Part shown: positions 38,884 to 41,518 of the stretch, piece after piece
How the letters are laid out: every line of letters begins with the position of its first letter
How positions within the stretch are numbered: position 1 is the first letter of the stretch
Source: a virus
DNA: 41,518 nucleotides
Direction: 5' to 3' (one strand)
IMG/VR virus record: IMGVR_UViG_3300010376_000020
Span: 1 to 41,518 of that record
Program-made: the position numbers and the translations under genes
The notes under the pieces: generated by a model
The model's input: only the letters and a program-made list of their open reading frames with translations
Databases searched by the model: none
Told to the model about the DNA's origin: nothing

Positions 38884-39997
38884 AGACCAGCTCCTCCGGA
38901 GTGATGCGCCGCGGCGGTTGCGGCTCTTTTTCAAATTCCACTGGTAGCGGCAGATCCCGCTGCGCATGCTCGACGTCTGCGCCCTTCAAATGTTCGATCG
39001 CCTTCCACAGCTCGAGAATTGTGCGCTTGGCGAAGGTGACTTTCGCGACTGGATCGCCCGCGGCGAAACGCTTCACGATGTCGTCGTAGATGCGCCGTCC
39101 CTCCTCGTTGCCCGCGAGCTCCTTCAGGTCGTGATAGAGGTTTGCTAGGGTCTGGGTGATGCGCTCCCGGCTCATGCCAATCGCGCGCCACATCTCGGCC
39201 ACCGCCGGCGGGACCTGTTCTTCGGACCTGGTCTCGCGGCGCAACTCATTGAGCTTGCGATCGCGCACCGCCGCAGCCTTTTCTTCGGAGCCAACGCCCT
39301 GCTGCGGACCATCTTCGATGTCCTGCGTATAGAACTCGCTCGCCCCCGTGGCAATCAGCACCGCCGCCACCAGCGCCCGCTTCTGCGCCATCTTCTGGAT
39401 GGTGTTGATCTGATCGGCGATATCGGGGTTGGGAATGCGCCCGACCTGCTGATTCTTGATTACCGGGTCGTCGTCCTGGTACGTCGCGCCGCAGCCGTTC
39501 TTTTTCTTCCAACAGAGCAATCCTCCGCCGTATTCTTCCTTGCCGGCAATGATCGCCTCCTGGCCGCATTTGGGGCACTTGCGCGCGCCCTGGCGCCAGC
39601 GGTACTTCGATTCCCAGGAGTTACAGGAGCCTTCGCCTACGCCGAGCACCCGGCCGCCCCGGTGCAGCCGCACCGAATAGCGAATGTAATAGAAGGCCTC
39701 CCCACCGTGCTGCGCACCAGTCCAATCCACTTCCTCGACCACCTGGTGAAACTCGGGCTCCAGGCCGAAGAAGCTGCACAGCTTCTCGGCTCCTGGCTTC
39801 AGCAGTGTGGGCTTAGTCCCGGTCCCCGGAATCACGCCGAAATCCTGGTCCTGAATCATGATCTTCCGCGTGAATTCGACCAGCATGCTGCGCCTTTGCA
39901 GCGCGGTTTCCATTGACATAACCGGCATGAAATCGGTGGATTGCACCGCAACTTCCTGCGGCTTTGCCGGGATTATTTCCATAGTTTGCGTTTCCAT
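38873..39997 (-). CDS. Putative single-strand annealing / recombination protein with inserted zinc ribbon
   Basis: 374 aa. The motifs DFGVIPGTGTKPTLLKPGAEKLCSFFGL and NTIQKMAQKRALVAAVL resemble phage recombinase (Rad52/ERF/RecT-like) proteins as I remember them. There is a CPKCG...CWKKKNGCG insert. It is in synteny with the Gp157-like gene. The family assignment is tentative. Confidence 0.4.
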   Translation of the reverse strand: METQTMEIIPAKPQEVAVQSTDFMPVMSMETALQRRSMLVEFTRKIMIQDQDFGVIPGTGTKPTLLKPGAEKLCSFFGLEPEFHQVVEEVDWTGAQHGGEAFYYIRYSVRLHRGGRVLGVGEGSCNSWESKYRWRQGARKCPKCGQEAIIAGKEEYGGGLLCWKKKNGCGATYQDDDPVIKNQQVGRIPNPDIADQINTIQKMAQKRALVAAVLIATGASEFYTQDIEDGPQQGVGSEEKAAAVRDRKLNELRRETRSEEQVPPAVAEMWRAIGMSRERITQTLANLYHDLKELAGNEEGRRIYDDIVKRFAAGDPVAKVTFAKRTILELWKAIEHLKGADVEHAQRDLPLPVEFEKEPQPPRRITPEELVYAD

Positions 39998-40001
39998 TTA
40001 A

Positions 40002-40424
40002 TTACATAACCTCTCTTTTCTCACTCAAAATCTCATTTGCCACCGGCTTGCGTGTGTTTGCCGTTTGGCATATTCCAGCGCAATAGTAGTGCGCATCTCC
40101 CAAGTTCCAATCATCGACCGGCTCCTGGATCTTCTCGGCATGCGCTCTGCAGATAAGCTCGCCGCACTCCTCGCACATCACGGCGGCCAGTTCTCCGCAC
40201 TTGCAGCGGAAGCAAACCGCGCAGAAGTGGAAGTACGGTCGCCCCTCCGGGCTGTGCTTGTGTGCCATGCAGAGCAAGGCGTTGCAGCTATCGCATTTCA
40301 AGAAATCCTCGGCATTGTGGCCGACTTCCGTGCAATCGTCGGCCGCGCAGCGAAACTCGAAATCGTCGGAACTTAGGCTCCGGCCGTTGGGTCCGCGGTG
40401 GCTGGTTAAGTCGAACGTAGTCAT
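40002..40424 (-). CDS. Cys-rich B-box-like zinc-finger protein
   Basis: 140 aa. It has two modules, KCDSCNALLCMAHKH and CAVCFRCKCGELAAVMCEECGELICRAHAEK. TAATG-coupled to the upstream RHH gene. Confidence 0.5.
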   Translation of the reverse strand: MTTFDLTSHRGPNGRSLSSDDFEFRCAADDCTEVGHNAEDFLKCDSCNALLCMAHKHSPEGRPYFHFCAVCFRCKCGELAAVMCEECGELICRAHAEKIQEPVDDWNLGDAHYYCAGICQTANTRKPVANEILSEKREVM

Positions 40425-40621
40425 TAGTTCTTCTCCTTCTGGGCCTGCGCCAAAGCCGCGTCCAGGCTGCGTTCCACAAAGCTCTGAATCGATTGCCCGC
40501 GCGAGGCTAAAAACGTGCGGAGCTGCCGCTTTCGCTCTGGCGTTACGCGAAAAAGAATCTGCTCCGTTTTGCCAGCATCCTTTCGCGTTGTGCTATGCTT
40601 GCGGCTGTGTGTTGCTAACAT
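40424..40621 (-). CDS. Ribbon-helix-helix regulator (Cro/Arc-like position), probably leaderless
   Basis: 65 aa. ILFRVTPERKRQLRTFLASRGQSIQSFVERSLDAAL fits the RHH fold pattern. It is the first gene of the long minus-strand early operon. No SD; the ATG lies 8 nt after a TATCAT -10 element. Confidence 0.65.
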   Translation of the reverse strand: MLATHSRKHSTTRKDAGKTEQILFRVTPERKRQLRTFLASRGQSIQSFVERSLDAALAQAQKEKN

Positions 40622-40626
40622 TTAAT

Positions 40627-40659
40627 CAAATGATAGCAAATGATAGCAAGTTGTGTCAA
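40627..40659 (-). promoter_or_regulatory. Early promoter TTGACA - 18 nt - TATCAT (minus strand) overlapped by tandem 10-bp operator repeats (CAAATGATAG x2 on plus strand, 40627..40646)
   Basis: Read directly. The -35 hexamer is the reverse complement of 40654..40659 and the -10 hexamer the reverse complement of 40630..40635. The direct repeats have 10-bp periodicity and cover the -10 and the spacer. Confidence 0.55.
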
Positions 40660-40697
40660 GAGGGTTTGCAGGAAAAAAGGGGAGAGGCACTATTGCG

Positions 40698-41213
40698 ATG
40701 AAATCCAAGGAGAAACAAAAAAGGGAACAATTGATTCTGCGGCTTGATCCCAAACGCGCCCAGAAAGTGCGGCGTTGGGCCGTCGATCATATGACCAAGA
40801 TCCAGCCCATGCTCGACCGGGGACTTGATTTGGTCATGCAAGATAAAGACCGGACGATTATTGTTGAGGCCAAATCTTCATCCGGTAAATACCCGAGTGG
40901 CATGCAAAAAAGTGAAACGGGAGAAACCAATTCGGCATATAATCTTCACAATGTCGAGTACCGGGAATGGGTGGAATGGGTAATCCTGGTATTAGATTCC
41001 GGCCATGAGGCTGCCATTGAACCTTTAGCGGGGAATATTAAAGGGTTTCTGTCAGACTTGGCGATGAATCAAATTGATGGAGTGATTGATGCCCCTAGTG
41101 AAGCTACCCCTGATTACGCAAGAGCAGCTCGAGCTGCTCGATACGCTCATCAACAGCTCAGACTCAAATTTGCGGCAAAGCGGCAGAAAGCACAGTCAAA
41201 AGATCCTGGCTAA
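40698..41213 (+). CDS. Candidate lysogeny repressor with N-terminal ribbon-helix-helix
   Basis: 171 aa from ATG 40698 (GGGGAGAGG upstream); the ORF is open from GTG 40653. LILRLDPKRAQKVRRWAVDHMTKIQPMLDRGLDLVM fits an RHH fold. It is divergent from the early operon. GC is visibly lower. Confidence 0.5.
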   Translation: MKSKEKQKREQLILRLDPKRAQKVRRWAVDHMTKIQPMLDRGLDLVMQDKDRTIIVEAKSSSGKYPSGMQKSETGETNSAYNLHNVEYREWVEWVILVLDSGHEAAIEPLAGNIKGFLSDLAMNQIDGVIDAPSEATPDYARAARAARYAHQQLRLKFAAKRQKAQSKDPG

Positions 41214-41319
41214 ATTACGTAAAGGCGTCCGAGTTGAGCCTGGTCCATGTTTTCCGGAACTTGATGGCGACCGGCTAAAAGTAATCCGCGATGGCAAATA
41301 TTCGAATGGGGCTGCTTAG
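41086..41319 (+). CDS. Possible small ORF overlapping the 3' end of 40698..41213 in another frame
   Basis: 77 aa, helical-looking (LITQEQLELLDTLINSS...). It overlaps the previous ORF by 128 nt, so only one of the two frames may be real in the overlap, or the two may be joined by a frame change. Confidence 0.25.
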   Translation: MMPLVKLPLITQEQLELLDTLINSSDSNLRQSGRKHSQKILAKLRKGVRVEPGPCFPELDGDRLKVIRDGKYSNGAA

Positions 41320-41355
41320 AAATCCGGGCCTCAATCCGATCCCCCCCCAGCTGCG

Positions 41356-41518
41356 CTATAGGAAATTCTGGATCGCCGTCTCGGTCGCCGTCTGCAGCGC
41401 GGCGTCACTGATCGTGTCACCCGCCGCCTGGACGCCCGGGTCCATCACCACGGCGGGCTGAACGGCCTGCGCCTTCACATCGGGCGCTTGGATACACTCC
41501 TGCGCCCACCGGAAACGA
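41356..41518 (-). CDS. 3' part of the junction-spanning 112-aa ORF (see 1..299)
   Basis: The frame from ATG 299, carried through the terminal repeat, ends at TAG 41358..41356. Confidence 0.55.
   Translation of the reverse strand, partial: RFRWAQECIQAPDVKAQAVQPAVVMDPGVQAAGDTISDAALQTATETAIQNFL
41396..41518. repeat. Terminal direct repeat, copy 2 (identical to 1..123)
   Basis: Direct reading. Confidence 0.95.

Larger units (their letters stand above)
1..41395. mobile_element. Complete temperate siphovirus-like phage genome (unique length; 41396..41518 repeats 1..123)
   Basis: The window holds terminase, portal, capsid, a non-contractile tail module with tape measure, integrase/excisionase/attP, and recombination and regulatory genes. 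The two ends are identical over 123 nt and one ORF is continuous across the junction. Confidence 0.9.

Overview
The window is a complete genome of a temperate, siphovirus-type tailed phage. The first 123 nt are repeated exactly at the end, so the unique length is 41395 nt, and one ORF reads across the junction. This points to a circularly closed or terminally redundant molecule. I call about 65 genes. Almost all are on the minus strand, and many are translationally coupled through ATGA, GTGA, TTGA or TAATG overlaps.

Gene order along the minus strand, from the right end:
- a divergent pair of ribbon-helix-helix (RHH) regulators with a tandem operator, which looks like the genetic switch
- early genes: a B-box-like Cys-rich protein, an annealing-protein candidate with a zinc ribbon, a Gp157-like protein, and a protein carrying 26 in-phase 12-nt repeats
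- excisionase and tyrosine integrase, with an attP built on a 50-nt 3' fragment of tRNA-Arg(ACG) flanked by 27-bp direct repeats
- an HNH-SF2 helicase fusion, a VRR-NUC nuclease and a DUF1376-like protein
- small and large terminase
- accessory island 1: BrnT/BrnA toxin-antitoxin, an RHH protein, a T4-Imm-like superinfection immunity protein, a zinc-ribbon membrane protein, a GT2 glycosyltransferase and five tiny coupled ORFs
- portal
- accessory island 2: Cys-rich protein, a small membrane protein, a SixA-like phosphatase fused to a MuF-type motif, an AlpA-like HTH, a secreted protein and a plus-strand HNH endonuclease
- scaffold/protease candidate, decoration-like protein and major capsid
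- connector and neck genes, major tail protein, G/T-type chaperones, tape measure, a 2013-aa tail-tip protein and a tail fibre

I saw no rRNA, complete tRNA, CRISPR array, transposase or reverse transcriptase, and no recognisable endolysin. All functional calls rest on motifs, composition and synteny read by eye. No database search was possible, so family names are recollections to be verified.
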